DNA of 64,000 nucleotides from Eledone cirrhosa (taxonomy: Eukaryota), in the NCBI GenBank assembly GCA_964016885.1, contig OZ024753.1:16554001-16618000 (forward strand). Direction: 5' to 3'. The notes below the pieces were generated by a model. The model was not told the origin of the DNA, ran no database searches, and worked only from the letters and a program-made list of their open reading frames with translations. The position numbers were made by a program, and so were the translations under genes. Numbering within the stretch: position 1 is the first letter of the stretch; the number at the start of each line of letters is the position of its first letter. Below are positions 39,781 through 53,066 of the stretch, one piece after another.

Positions 39781-42700
39781 TCTCCATTAGAATATCTCTA
39801 CCATATCCCAGTTTAATGAAGTAAGGATCTCTCCCTTAGAATATCTCTACCATATCCCAGTTTAATGAAGTAAGGATCTCTCCCTTAGAATATCTCTACC
39901 ATATCCCAGTTTAATGAAGTAAGGATCTCTCACTTAGAATATCTCTACCATATCCCAGTTTAATAAAGTAAGGATCTCTCCCTTAGAATATCTCTACCAT
40001 ATCCCAGTTTAATGAAGTAAGGATCTCTCCCTTAGAATATCTCTACCATATCCCAGTTTAATAAAGTAAGGATCTATCCATTAGAATATCTCTACCATAT
40101 CCCAGTTTAATGAAGTAAGGATTTCTCCCTTAGAATATCTCAACCATATCCCAGTTTAATGAAGGAAGGATCTTTCCCTTAGAATATCTCTACCATATCC
40201 CAGTTTAATGAAGTAAGGATCTCTCCCTTAGAATATCTCTACCATATCCCAGTTTAATGAAGTAAGGATCTTTCCCTTAGAATATCTCTACCATATCCCA
40301 GTTTAATGAAGTAAGGATCTCTCCCTTAGAATATCTCTACCATATCCCAGTTTAATAAAGTAAGGATTTCTCCCTTAGAATATCTCAACCATATCCCAGT
40401 TTAATGAAGGAAGGATCTCTCCCATATCCCAGTTTAATAAAGTAAGGATCTTTCCCTTAGAATATCTCTACCATATCCGAGTTTAATAAAGTAAGGATCT
40501 TTCCCTTAGAATATCTCTACCATATCCCAGTTTAATAAAGTAGGGATCTCTCCCTTAGAATATCTCTACCATATCCCAGTTTAATAAAGTAAGGATTTCT
40601 CCCTTAGAATATCTCAACCATATCCCAGTTTAATGAAGGAAGGATCTCTCCCATATCCCAGTTTAATAAAGTAAGGATCTTTCTCTTAGAATATCTCTCC
40701 CATGTCCCAGTTTAATAAAGTGAAGATCTCACCCTTAGAATATCTCTACTATATCCCAGTTTAATGAAGTAAGGATCTCTCCCTTAGAATATCTCTGCTA
40801 TATCCCAGTTTAATGAAGTAAGGATCTCTCCCTTAGAATATCTCTCCCATATCCCAGTTTAATAAAGTAAGGATCTCTCCCTTAGAATATCTCTACTATA
40901 TCCCAGTTTAATAAAGTAAGGATCTCTCCCTTAGAATATCTCTACTATATCCCAGTTTAATAAAGTAAGGATCTCTCCCTTAGAATATCTCTACTATATC
41001 CCAGTTTAATAAAGTAAGGATCTCTCCCTTAGAATATCTCTACCATATCCCAGTTTAATAAAGTAAGGATCTCTCCCTTAGAATATCTCTACCATATCCC
41101 AGTTTAATAAAGTAAGGATCTCTCCCTTAGAATATCTCTACTATATCCCAGTTTAATAAAGTAAGGATCTCTCCCTTAAAATATCTCTACTATATCCCAG
41201 TTTAATAAAGTAAGGATCTCTCCCTTAGAATATCTCTACCATATCCCAGTTTAATAAAGTAAGGATCTCTCCCTTAGAATATCTCTACTATATCCCAGTT
41301 TAATGAAGTAAGGATCTCTCCCTTAGAATATCTCTACTATATCCCAGTTGAATAAAGTAAGGATCTCTCCCTTAGAATATCTCTACCATATCCCAGTTTA
41401 ATAAAGTAAGGATCTCTCCCTTAGAATATCTCTACCATATCCCAGTTTAATAAAGTAAGGATCTCTCCCTTAGAATATCTCTACTATATCCCAGTTTAAT
41501 AAAGTAAGGATCTCTCCCTTAAAATATCTCTACTATATCCCAGTTTAATAAAGTAAGGATCTCTCCCTTAGAATATCTCTACCATATCCCAGTTTAATAA
41601 AGTAAGGATCTCTCCCTTAGAATATCTCTACTATATCCCAGTTTAATGAAGTAAGGATCTCTCCCTTAGAATATCTCTACTATATCCCAGTTTAATAAAG
41701 TAAGGATCTCTCCCTTAGAATATCTCTACCATATCCCAGTTTAATAAAGTAAGGATCTCTCCCTTAGAATATCTCTACTATATCCCAGTTTAATGAAGTA
41801 AGGATCTCTCCCTTAGAATATCTCTACTATATCCCAGTTTAATAAAGTAAGGATCTCTCCCTTAGAATATCTCTACTATATCCCAGTTTAATAAAGTAAG
41901 GATCTCTCCCTTAGAATATCTCTACTATATCCCAGTTTAATAAAGTAAGGATCTCTCCCTTAGAATATCTCTACCATATCCCAGTTTAATGAAGTAAGGA
42001 TCTCTCCCTTAGAATATCTCTACCATATCCCAGTTTAATAAAGTAAGGATCTCTCCCTTAGAATATCTCTCCCATAGCCCAGTTTAATGAAGTAAGGATC
42101 TCTCCCTTAGAATATCTCTACCATATCCCAGTTTAATAAAGTAAGGATCTCTCCCTTAGAATATCTCTACCATATCCCAGTTTAATGAAGTAAGGATCTC
42201 TCCCTTAGAATATTTCTACCATATCCCAGTTTAATAAAGTAAGGATCTCTCCCTTACAATATCTCTACCATATCCCAGTTTAATGAAGTAAGGATCTCTC
42301 CCTTAGAATATTTCTACCATATCCCAGTTTAATAAAGTAAGGATCTCTCCCTTAGAATATTTCTACTATATCCCAGTTTAATGAAGTAAGGATCTCTCCC
42401 TTAGAATATCTCTACTATATCCCAGTTTAATAAAGTAAGGATCTCTCACTTAGAATATCTCTACCATATCCCAGTTTAATAAAGTAAGGATCTCTCCCTT
42501 AGAATATTTCTACCATATCCCAGTTTAATAAAGTAAGGATCTCTCACTTAGAATATCTCTACCATATCCCAGTTTACTAAAGTAAGGATCTCTCCCTTAG
42601 AATATCTTTACTATATCCCAGTTTAATAAAGTAAGGATCTCTCCCTTAGAATATCTCTACTATATCCCAGTTTAATAAAGTAAGGATCTCTCCCTTAGAA

Positions 42701-43555
42701 TATCTCTACCATATCCCAGTTTAATAAAGTAAGGATCTCTCCCTTAGAATATCTCTACTATATCCCAGTTTAATAAAGTAAGGATCTCTCCCTTAGAATA
42801 TCTCTACTATATTCCAGTTTAATGAAGTAAGGATCTCTCCCTTAGAATATCTCTACTATATCCCAGTTTAATAAAGTAAGGATCTCTCCCTTAGAATATC
42901 TCTACTATATCCCAGTTTAATAAAGTAAGGATCTCTCCCTTAGAATATCTATCCCATATCCCAGTTTAATAAAGTAAGGATCTCTCCCTTAGAATATCTC
43001 TACTATATCCCAGTTTAATGAAGTAAGGATCTCTCCCTTAGAATATCTCTACTATATCCCAGTTTAATAAAGTAAGGATCTCTCCCTTAGAATATCTGTA
43101 CTATATCCCAGTTTAATAAAGTAAGGATCTCTCCCTTAGAATATCTCTACTATATCCAAGTTTAATAAAGTAAGGATCTCTCCCTTAGAATATCTCTACT
43201 ATATCCAAGTTTAATAAAGTAAGGATCTCTCCCTTAGAATATCTGTACTATATCCCAGTTTAATAAAGTAAGGATCTCTCCCTTAGAATATCTCTACTAT
43301 ATCCAAGTTTAATAAAGTAAGGATCTCTCCCTTAGAATATCTCTACTATATCCAAGTTTAATAAAGTAAGGATCTCTCCCTTAGAATATCTGTACTATAT
43401 CCCAGTTTAATAAAGTAAGGATCTCTCCCTTAGAATATCTCTACTATATCCAAGTTTAATAAAGTAAGGATCTCTCCCTTAGAATATCTCTACTATATCC
43501 CAGTTTAATAAAGTAAGGATTTCTCCCTTAAAATATCTCTACTATATCCAAGTTT
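39781..43555. repeat. 49-bp satellite, ~77 copies
   Basis: Unit AGAATATCTCTAC(C/T)ATATCCCAGTTTAAT(A/G)AAGTAAGGATCTCTCCCTT. Confidence 0.98.
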
Positions 43556-43639
43556 ATTCAAGGAAATAAGGTTAGCGCCTGCAACCTTTTCAAAGACTCT
43601 AGGTCTGGTGCAAGGTAGAAGGTATCCTTGATATGTATA

Positions 43640-43734
43640 AAATGTATATATATATATATATATGTATATATATGTATATATAAGTATATATATGTATATA
43701 TATGTATATATATATATATGTATATATAAGTATA

Positions 43735-43776
<42 letters not shown>

Positions 43777-43798
43777 AGTATATATATGTATAAGTATA

Positions 43799-43835
<37 letters not shown>

Positions 43836-43936
43836 ATATATGTATATATAAGTATATATATGTATATATATGTATATATAAGTATATATATGTATATATA
43901 TATATGTATATATATGTATATATAAGTATATATATG

Positions 43937-43969
<33 letters not shown>

Positions 43970-43984
43970 GTATATATAAGTATA

Positions 43985-44037
<53 letters not shown>

Positions 44038-44052
44038 GTATATATAAGTATA

Positions 44053-44089
<37 letters not shown>

Positions 44090-44110
44090 ATATATGTATA
44101 TATAAGTATA

Positions 44111-44155
<45 letters not shown>

Positions 44156-44483
44156 GTATATATAAGTATATATATGTATATATATGTATATATAAGTATA
44201 TATATGTATATATATGTATATATATATATATATATGTATATATATGTATATATATGTATATATAAGTATATATATGTATATATATGTATATATATATATA
44301 TATATATGTATATATAAGTATATATATGTATATATATATATATATGTATATATATGTATATATATGTATATATATGTATATATATGTATATATATATATA
44401 TATATGTATATATATGTATATATAAGTATATATATGTATATATATATATATATGTATATATATGTATATATATGTATATATAA

Positions 44484-44531
<48 letters not shown>

Positions 44532-44546
44532 GTATATATAAGTATA

Positions 44547-44603
<57 letters not shown>

Positions 44604-44624
44604 GTATATATAAGTATATATATG

Positions 44625-44657
<33 letters not shown>

Positions 44658-44705
44658 GTATATATAAGTATATATATGTATATATATATGTATATATAAG
44701 TATAT
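43640..44705. repeat. (TA)n/TATATG/TATAAG microsatellite, resuming at 45132-45630
   Basis: Direct reading. Confidence 0.95.
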
Positions 44706-44743
44706 ATAATATAAGATCAAAAGATGGTTAAAGGAGTTCAATA

Positions 44744-44814
44744 TATTTTATTATGCGCATTTCAAAAACAAACATCATCAAACAATAATATTTGTGTTTT
44801 CATCAGATAAAACA
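44744..44814 (-). ncRNA. Minimal type-I hammerhead ribozyme (left arm of palindrome 44706-45045)
   Basis: Exact reverse complement of 44937-45007. Confidence 0.85.
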
Positions 44815-44936
44815 GGAGAACATGATATGAAGGCTAAAAAAAACACTTGTTGATAGTGCAGTTTTAAATCAACATATGTTGATTTAAAACTGCACTATCA
44901 ACAAGTGTTTTTTTTAGCCTTCATATCATGTTCTCC

Positions 44937-45007
44937 TGTTTTATCTGATGAAAACACAAATATTATTGTTTGATGATGTTTGTTTTTGAAATGCGCATAA
45001 TAAAATA
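44937..45007 (+). ncRNA. Minimal type-I hammerhead ribozyme (right arm of palindrome)
   Basis: TGTTTTAT-CTGATGA(44945)-ACAAATATTATT/GATGATGTTTGT stem II-GAAA(44988)-TGCGCA-TA-ATAAAATA. Confidence 0.85.
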
Positions 45008-45142
45008 TATTGAGCTCCTTTAACCATCTTTTGATCTTATATTATGCATACTCCAGTCCCACATACTGTAGAGTGCTTCTTATCCGATATCTGCATTGCT
45101 TTATTGTACTACAATAAAACTCACCTCCTACATATAAGTATA

Positions 45143-45205
<63 letters not shown>

Positions 45206-45220
45206 GTATATATAAGTATA

Positions 45221-45267
<47 letters not shown>

Positions 45268-45554
45268 GTATATATAAGTATATATATGTATATATATATA
45301 TGTATATATAAGTATATATGTATATATATGTATATATAAGTATATATGTATATATATGTATATATAAGTATATATATGTATATATAAGTATATATATGTA
45401 TATATATGTATATATAAGTATATATATGTATATATATGTATATATAAGTATATATATGTATATATATATGTATATATATGTATATATAAGTATATATATG
45501 TATATATATGTATATATAAGTATATATATGTATATATATGTATATATAAGTATA

Positions 45555-45595
<41 letters not shown>

Positions 45596-45679
45596 GTATA
45601 TATAAGTATATATATATATATATATATAAATATAAATATATACGATATTAAATGGAAACTATATTTATAAAACCATATT

Positions 45680-45744
45680 TATTTCATTATACATATTTCA
45701 AGGACACCAAGTTAAATTATGGTGTGCTTTCATCAGATAAAATA
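45680..45744 (-). ncRNA. Minimal type-I hammerhead ribozyme (family A element 45640-45820)
   Basis: Minus strand: TATTTTAT-CTGATGA-AAG.ACACCA/TGGTGT.CTT-GAAA-TATGTATA-ATGAAATA. Confidence 0.8.
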
Positions 45745-46004
45745 TATTTGTTGAGTGCTTTATATCAGTTATAAAAATATTTGCTTGTGGTATCCCAACA
45801 ATTTAAATAGAACTTTTACATATATATATATATATATATATATACAGAGATGAAATCTCTTTCTTATTTCTTTCTACTTTTCCCTTCTTCCTACTGCCAC
45901 CTGATTTTGTTACCCGGAGATTTACCCATCTGCTTCCAAAATGATCACTTTTCATATTCCTTCAAGAAAACTAAATCATCCTCTTCATTTCCTCATTTCA
46001 TTTC

Positions 46005-46357
46005 ATTTCATTTTACGTCCGCTTTTTCCCTGCTTGCAAGGGTGGGACGGGAACTGATTCTGGCTTGATTTCTACAGCTGGATGTTCTTCCTAACACCAA
46101 CCTCATTTACAGTGAGTGCTGGGTGCTTTTTTGCCGTGGCACCTCCACGACCACTTTGCAGTGGAATGATATGGACCCCAGTCCCTATCAACTCATTTCG
46201 ACAGCTGGATGCCCTTCCTAACAGCAACCCATTTACAGTGAGTACTGGGTGCTTTTTTGCCGTGGCACCTCCACGACCACTCTGCAGTGGAATGATATGG
46301 GCCCCAGTCCCTATCATCTCATTTCTACAGCTGAGTAAACTGGAGTAATGTGAAATA
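46005..46357 (-). mobile_element. SINE family A, 5'-truncated, with ~120-bp internal duplication
   Basis: ACAGCTGGATG...CCAGTCCCTATCA block occurs twice. Confidence 0.88.
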
Positions 46358-46358
46358 A

Positions 46359-46408
<50 letters not shown>

Positions 46409-46567
46409 GGAATTAGCTTCATGCATAGCTTTATACAGATATGTATTGAAATTTCGTATTTCTAAAGAAATACGGTATGTTTATGGATCACCATTTAGAA
46501 ATCCGTAGCTATGCAAAACACCGGCGCTAACGCCCTCTGGTGGTGTTCAGCAGAAGCAAGGTGGACA

Positions 46568-46612
46568 ATCGTCAATGCATTTCGAACCTAACTTGTTACT
46601 CCTCAGGACAAT
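46568..46612 (-). ncRNA. Minimal type-I hammerhead ribozyme (distinct family)
   Basis: Minus strand: ATTGTC-CTGAGGA-GTAAC..GTTC-GAAA-TGCA-TT-GACGAT. Confidence 0.7.
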
Positions 46613-46617
46613 CCCTC

Positions 46618-46692
<75 letters not shown>

Positions 46693-46818
46693 CAAAGGGA
46701 TATTTAATTTGTTGGTAATTCAACAAATATATATATTTATAACAGATTCGAAGCACTCAACAGTTTGCTGGTGTATAATATCAATGATATTAATAAATGG
46801 AAACTATATTTATAAAAC

Positions 46819-47935
46819 CATATTTATTCTATTATATATATTTCAAAGGTATCAAAACTTTGGTATGCTCATATTTATTCTATTATATATATTTCAAGGG
46901 TATCAAAACTTTGGTATGCTCATATTTATTCTATTATATATATTTCAAGGGTATCAAAACTTTGGTATGCTCATATTTATTCTATTATATATATTTCAAG
47001 GGTATCAAACTTTGGTATGCTCATATTTATTCTATTATATATATTTCAAGGGTATCAAAACTTTGGTATTCTCATATTTATTCTATTATATATATTTCAA
47101 GGGTATCAAAACTTTGGTTTGCTCATATTTATTCTATTATATATATTTCAAGGGTATCAAACTTTGGTATGCTCATATTTATTCTATTATATATATTTCA
47201 AGGGTATCAAAACTTTGGTATGCTCATATTTATTCTATTATATATATTTCAAGGGTATCAAACTTTGGTATGCTCATATTTATTCTATTATATATATTTC
47301 AAGGGTATCAAAACTTTGGTATGCTCATATTTATTCTATTATATATATTTCAAGGGTATCAAAACTTTGGTATGCTCATATTTATTCTATTATATATATT
47401 TCAAGGGTATCAAACTTTGGTATGCTCATATTTATTCTATTATATATATTTCAAGGGTATCAAAACTTTGGTATTCTCATATTTATTCTATTATATATAT
47501 TTCAAGGGTATCAAAACTTTGGTATTCTCATATTTATTCTATTATATATATTTCAAGGGTATCAAAACTTTGGTATTCTCATATTTATTCTATTATATAT
47601 ATTTCAAGGGTATCAAAACTTTGGTATGCTCATATTTATTCTATTATATATATTTCAAGTGTATCAAAAGTTTTGTATGCTCATATTTATTCTATTATAT
47701 ATATTTCAAGGGTACCAAAACTTTGGTATGCTCATATTTATTCTATTATATATATTTCAAGGGTATCAAAACTTTGGTATTCTCATATTTATTCTATTAT
47801 ATATATTTCAAGGGTATCAAAACTTTGGTATTCTCATATTTATTCTATTATATATATTTCAAGGGTATCAAAACTTTGGTATGCTCATATTTATTCTATT
47901 ATATATATTTCAAGGGTACCAAAACTTTGGTACTT
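46819..47935 (-). repeat. 51-bp satellite (~22 copies) derived from the family A hammerhead
   Basis: Minus unit ATGAGCATACCAAAGTTTTGATACCCTTGAAATATATATAATAGAATAAAT matches 48382-48435. Confidence 0.92.
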
Positions 47936-48370
47936 ACAACCTGTTGTAATATAATAAGATAAAATGTACTTACAACCATAATCCTTCATATAATCTAATT
48001 GATTATATATATAATATTATAACTCATAATTTAGCTAAATATTTTTTAAATTCTGGAATCATATTCCAACCACTCCAACAAACTTTCTTAACGTTTCAAT
48101 CTTTTTAAATTCACATACATTTTCTTTCTTTCTCTTTCTTCTTCCTATACATACCGATATATATATCCTAATAATTATTTAAATCTACCTAGCGTCTAAA
48201 AATAACGTTTTTTTTCAGCCCTATGCCTCAACCTCATTTGCATATTCATCTAAATAATTTGAAATATTTGTTTTTCCCTCTCTTCCCCCTTTTCCTTTTA
48301 CTATCCAGGTAAAACTTAAACCGTTAAGGTCTCATTCCTGGATATGTCAATATTTATAAAACAAACTTTG

Positions 48371-48431
48371 TATTTTATCTGATGAGAGCGTACCAAAGTT
48401 TTGGTACCCTTGAAATATATATAATAGAATG
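48371..48431 (+). ncRNA. Minimal type-I hammerhead ribozyme (family A element 48340-48478)
   Basis: TATTTTAT-CTGATGA(48379)-GTACCAAA/TTTGGTAC-GAAA(48412)-TATATATA-ATAGAATG. Confidence 0.82.
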
Positions 48432-48477
48432 AATATGGTTTTATAAATATAGTTTCCATTTATTAATATCATTGATA

Positions 48478-48824
48478 TCATCATCATCATCATCATTTCA
48501 TTTTACGTCCGCTTTTTCCCTGCTTGCAAGGGTGGGACGGGAACTGATTTTGGCTTGATTTCTACAGCTGGATGCCCTTCCTAACACCAACCTCATTTAC
48601 AGTGAGTGCTGGGTGCTTTTTTGCCGTGGCACCTCCACGACCACTTTGCAGTGGAATGATATGGACCCCAGTCCCTATCATCTCATTTCTACAGCTGAGT
48701 AAACTGGAGCAATGTGAAATAAAGTGTCTTGCTCAAGGAAACAACACATCACCCGGTCTGAGAATTGAACTCACAACCTTTCGATTGCAAGGCCAATGCT
48801 CTAACCACTAAGCCATGTGCCTCC
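48478..48824 (-). mobile_element. SINE family A, full length
   Basis: Matches consensus end to end. Confidence 0.92.
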
Positions 48825-49048
48825 ATTATATATATATATATATATGATAATAAGGACGCTGAGGAGTTGCAAATGGGTTACATATGAAAAAAGTTTGTCC
48901 TTCATCAGTGATCTTTCAACCATCATAGGCATTTCATCGTTTTAAAGACCATATACCTCCGGTTGGTGCGAACAACGGCTAAAAAAAGTCGTTGGGACAC
49001 GTAAATAAAGGGGATGCGAGGGTAAACAAACAAAATGGTGAAGCAACA

Positions 49049-49091
<43 letters not shown>

Positions 49092-49484
49092 GTTCTGTGC
49101 TACATGAGACTGTATTGGGAAAACATTCTTTGAAAGTATGAAACAGCACTATGATGACTGCATCACATTAAAAGTTGATGTCTTCTTTAATGCAGCAAAT
49201 TTTCACAATGATTTGCCCATTAACAAAGATACTATTAACATTTGAATTTAGAAACTTGCTTTCACATATTTTCTGCTAAATTTTAAAAGGATGTTAAGAG
49301 TTAAAATCTGATCTTTGACCAGAATTTTATTTAAGAACCTTTAAGATGTGTTTCAAAGACTAAACTCCCCAAATTCTTGATTTTCTACTCTAAATATATA
49401 GATCAGCATTTCTCAACATTTTGACTCTTGAGTAACCCTTGAAATAGGAGCTCCTGCATAAAATTTATTATATACCATTGTGGA

Positions 49485-49670
49485 TATGGCAGTATTGGTA
49501 GAGGGCTGGACGCTATGCTTTGTATCATAGAGTTACGACCCTGTATGATCTGAGTTCAAATCCTTCCGAGGTTAACTTTGCCTTTCATCCGTACGGGGTC
49601 GATAAAATAAAGTACCAGTAATACACTGGGATAATTGCTGGGCTTGTGCCAAAAGTAAAAATAATTATTA
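49485..49670 (+). mobile_element. SINE family B
   Basis: Matches family B consensus. Confidence 0.85.
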
Positions 49671-49776
49671 ATATAGTTATTTTTGTTGTTATTGTATGTG
49701 TGTGTGTATGAGAAAGTGTGTGTGTGTGAGAGAATGTGTATTTTACCAACAGTTTAGTGACAGGTAACGACTAGTT

Positions 49777-52700
49777 TTAACCCTTTAGCATTTAAACCAG
49801 CCGTATCGAGCAAAAATTCTCTCACAGCCTTCTGTTCAAACCAGCTGCAACTGACCACTCACACTTAGGTTAAGGTATTGTTCTCCAAATAACTAATATC
49901 AATATCTCATAGACTCAGTATTACATGAGATAAAGTAAAGCCTTTACTGGGGAAAATACAATGGTATATATAGAGTAATGTAAATGTTATGTGAGATATT
50001 ATGTGAGGTAAAGCTTTTACTGTGAAAATACAATAGTATATATAGAGTAATGTAAATGTCATGTGAGATATTATGTGAGGTAAAGCCTTTACAGTGAAAA
50101 TACAATAGTATATATAGAGTAATGTAAATGTTATGTGAGATATTATGTAAGGTAAAGCCTTAACTGTGAAAATGCAATAGTATATATAGAGTAATGTAAA
50201 TGTTATGCGAGATATTATGTGAAGTAAAGCCTTTACTGTGAAAATACAATAGTATATATAGAGTAATGTAAATGTTATGTGAGATATTATGTGAAGTAAA
50301 GCCTTTACTGTGAAAATACAATAGTATATATAGAGTAATGTAAATGTTATGTGAGATATGTGAGGTAAAGCCTTTACCGTGAAAATACAATAGTATATAT
50401 AGAGTAATGTGAATGTTATGTGAGATGTTATGTGAGGTAAAGCCTTTACTGTGAAAATACAATAGTATATATAGAGTAATGAAATGTTATGTGAGATATT
50501 ATGTGAGGTAAAGCCTTTACTGTGACGATACAATAGTATATATAGAGTAATGTAATGTTATGTGAGATATTATGTGAGGTAAAGCCTTTACTGTGAAAAT
50601 ACAATAGTATATATAGAGTAATGTAATGTTATGTGAGATATTATGTGAGGTAAAGCCTTTACTGTGACAATACAATAGTATATATAGAGTAATGTAAATG
50701 TTATGTGAGATATTATGTGAGGTAAAGCCTTTACTGTGACAATACAATAGTATATATAGAGTAATGTAAATGTCATGTGAGATATTATGTGAGGTAAAGC
50801 CTTTACTGTGACAATACAATAGTATATATAGAGTAATGTAAATGTCATGTGAGATATTATGTGAAGTAAAGCCTTTACTGTGAAAATACAATAGTATATA
50901 TAGAGTAATGTAAATGTTATGTGAGATATTATGTGAAGTAAAGCCTTTACTGTGAAAATACAATAGTATATATAGAGTAATGTAAATGTTATGTGAGATA
51001 TTATGTGAGGTAAAGCCTTTATTGTGAAAATACAATAGTATATATAGAGTAATGTAAATGTTATGTGAGATATGTGAGGTAAAGCCTTTACCGTGAAAAT
51101 ACAATAGTATATTTAGAGTAATGTGAATGTTATGTGAGATGTTATGTGAGGTAAAGCCTTTACTGTGAAAATACAATAGTATATATAGAGTAATGAAATG
51201 TTATGTGAGATATTATGTGAGGTAAAGCCTTTACTGTGACAATACAATAGTATATATAGAGTAATGTAAATGTTATGTGAGATATTATGTGAGGTAAAGC
51301 CTTTACTGTGAAAATACAATAGTATATATAGAGTAATGTAAATGTTATGTGAGATATTATGTGAGGTAAAGCCTTTACTGTGACAATACAATAGTATATA
51401 TAGAGTAATGTAATGTTATGTGAGATATTATGTGAGGTAAAGCCTTTACTGTGACAATACAATAGTATCATCATCATTTTACGTCCGCTTTTCCCTGCTT
51501 GCAAGGGTGGGACGGGAACTGATTCTGGCTTGATTTCTACAGCTGGATGCCCTTCCTAACACCAACCTCATTTACAGTGAGTGCTGGGTGCTTTTTTGCC
51601 GTGGCACCTCCACGACCACTTTGCAGTGGAATGATAGGGACTGGGGTCCCTATCATCTCATTTCTACAGCTGAGTAAACTGGAGCAATGTGAAATAAAGT
51701 CTCTTGCTCAGGGAAACAACACATCACTCGGTCTGAGAATTGAACTCACAACCTTTCGATTGCAAGGCCAATGCTCTAACCACTAAGCCATGTGCCTCCA
51801 TATATACAATAGTATATATAGAGTAATGTAATGTTATGTGAGATATTATGTGAGGTAAAGCCTTTACTGTGACAATACAATAGTATATATAGAGTAATGT
51901 AAATGTTATGTGAGATATTATGTGAGGTAAAGCCTTTACTGTGACAATACAATAGTATATATAGAGTAATGTAAATGTCATGTGAGATATTATGTGAGGT
52001 AAAGCCTTTACTGTGAAAATACAATAGTATATATAGAGTAATGTAAATGTCATGTGAGATATTATGTGAGGTAAAGCCTTGACTGTGAAAATACAATAGT
52101 ATATATAGAGTAATGTAAATGTTATGTGAGATATTATGTGAGGTAAAGCCTTTATTGTGAAAATACAATAGCATATACAGAGTAATGTAAATGTCATGTG
52201 AGATATTATTGAGGTAAAGCCTTTACTGTGACAATACAATAGCATATATAGAGTAATGTAAATGTTATGAGATATTATGTGAGGTAAAGCCTTTATTGTG
52301 AAAATACAATAGTATATATAGAGTAATGTAAATGCTATGTGAGATATTATGTGAGGTAAAGCCTTTACTGTGAAAATACAATAGTATATATAGAGTAATG
52401 TAAATGTCATGTGAGATATTATGTGAGGTAAAGCCTTTACTGTGAAAATACAATAGTATATATAGAGTAATGTAAATGTCATGTGAGATATTATGTGAGG
52501 TAAAGCCTTTACTGTGAAAATACAATAGTATATATAGAGTAATGTAAATGTTATGTGAGATATTATGTGAGGTAAAGCCTTTACTGTGACAATACAATAG
52601 TATATATAGAGTAATGTAAATGTCATGTGAGATATTATGTGAGGTAAAGCCTTTACTGTGACAATACAATAGTATATATAGAGTAATGTAAATGTCATGT

Positions 52701-53066
52701 GAGATATTATGTGAGGTAAAGCCTTGACTGTGAAAATACAATAGTATATATAGAGTAATGTAAATGTTATGTGAGATATTATGTGAGGTAAAGCCTTTAT
52801 TGTGAAAATACAATAGCATATACAGAGTAATGTAAATGTCATGTGAGATATTATGTGAGGTAAAGCCTTTACTGTGACAATACAATAGTATATATAGAGT
52901 AATGTAATGTTATGTGAGATATTATGTGAGGTAAAGCCTTTACTGTGACAATACAATAGTATATATAGAGTAATGTAAATGTCATGTGAGATATTATGTG
53001 AGGTAAAGCCTTTACTGTGACAATACAATAGTATATATAGAGTAATGTAAATGGTAAATAATTTAA
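49777..53066. mobile_element. piggyBac-like MITE expanded by an internal 72-bp satellite (~38 copies, 49935-53052)
   Basis: TTAA-CCCTTTAGCATTTAAACC start; unit TTATGTGAGATATTATGTGAGGTAAAGCCTTTACTGTGAAAATACAATAGTATATATAGAGTAATGTAAATG is the reverse complement of the MITE interior at 31525-31582. Confidence 0.88.
51469..51799 (-). mobile_element. SINE family A inserted in the 72-bp satellite
   Basis: Full length; TSD ATACAATAGTAT at 51457-51468 and 51804-51815. Confidence 0.92.

Noticed and set aside
39781-43555. CRISPR-like appearance of regular arrays (also 10.0, 46.8 and 50-53 kb)
   Set aside because: Head-to-tail tandem units without unique spacers, no cas genes, eukaryotic context
46709-47962. 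300-400-aa hydrophobic ORFs in three frames (likewise 49907-53028)
   Set aside because: Satellite units of 51 and 72 bp that lack stops on one strand
47950-48340. Possible GIY-YIG or Penelope coding remnant between inverted arms (also 30580-31340)
   Set aside because: No recognisable motif by eye; a translated profile search would be needed
48572-48811. Recurrent peptide [17 protein letters not shown]...LQGQCSNH
   Set aside because: Antisense translation of SINE A, not a gene family
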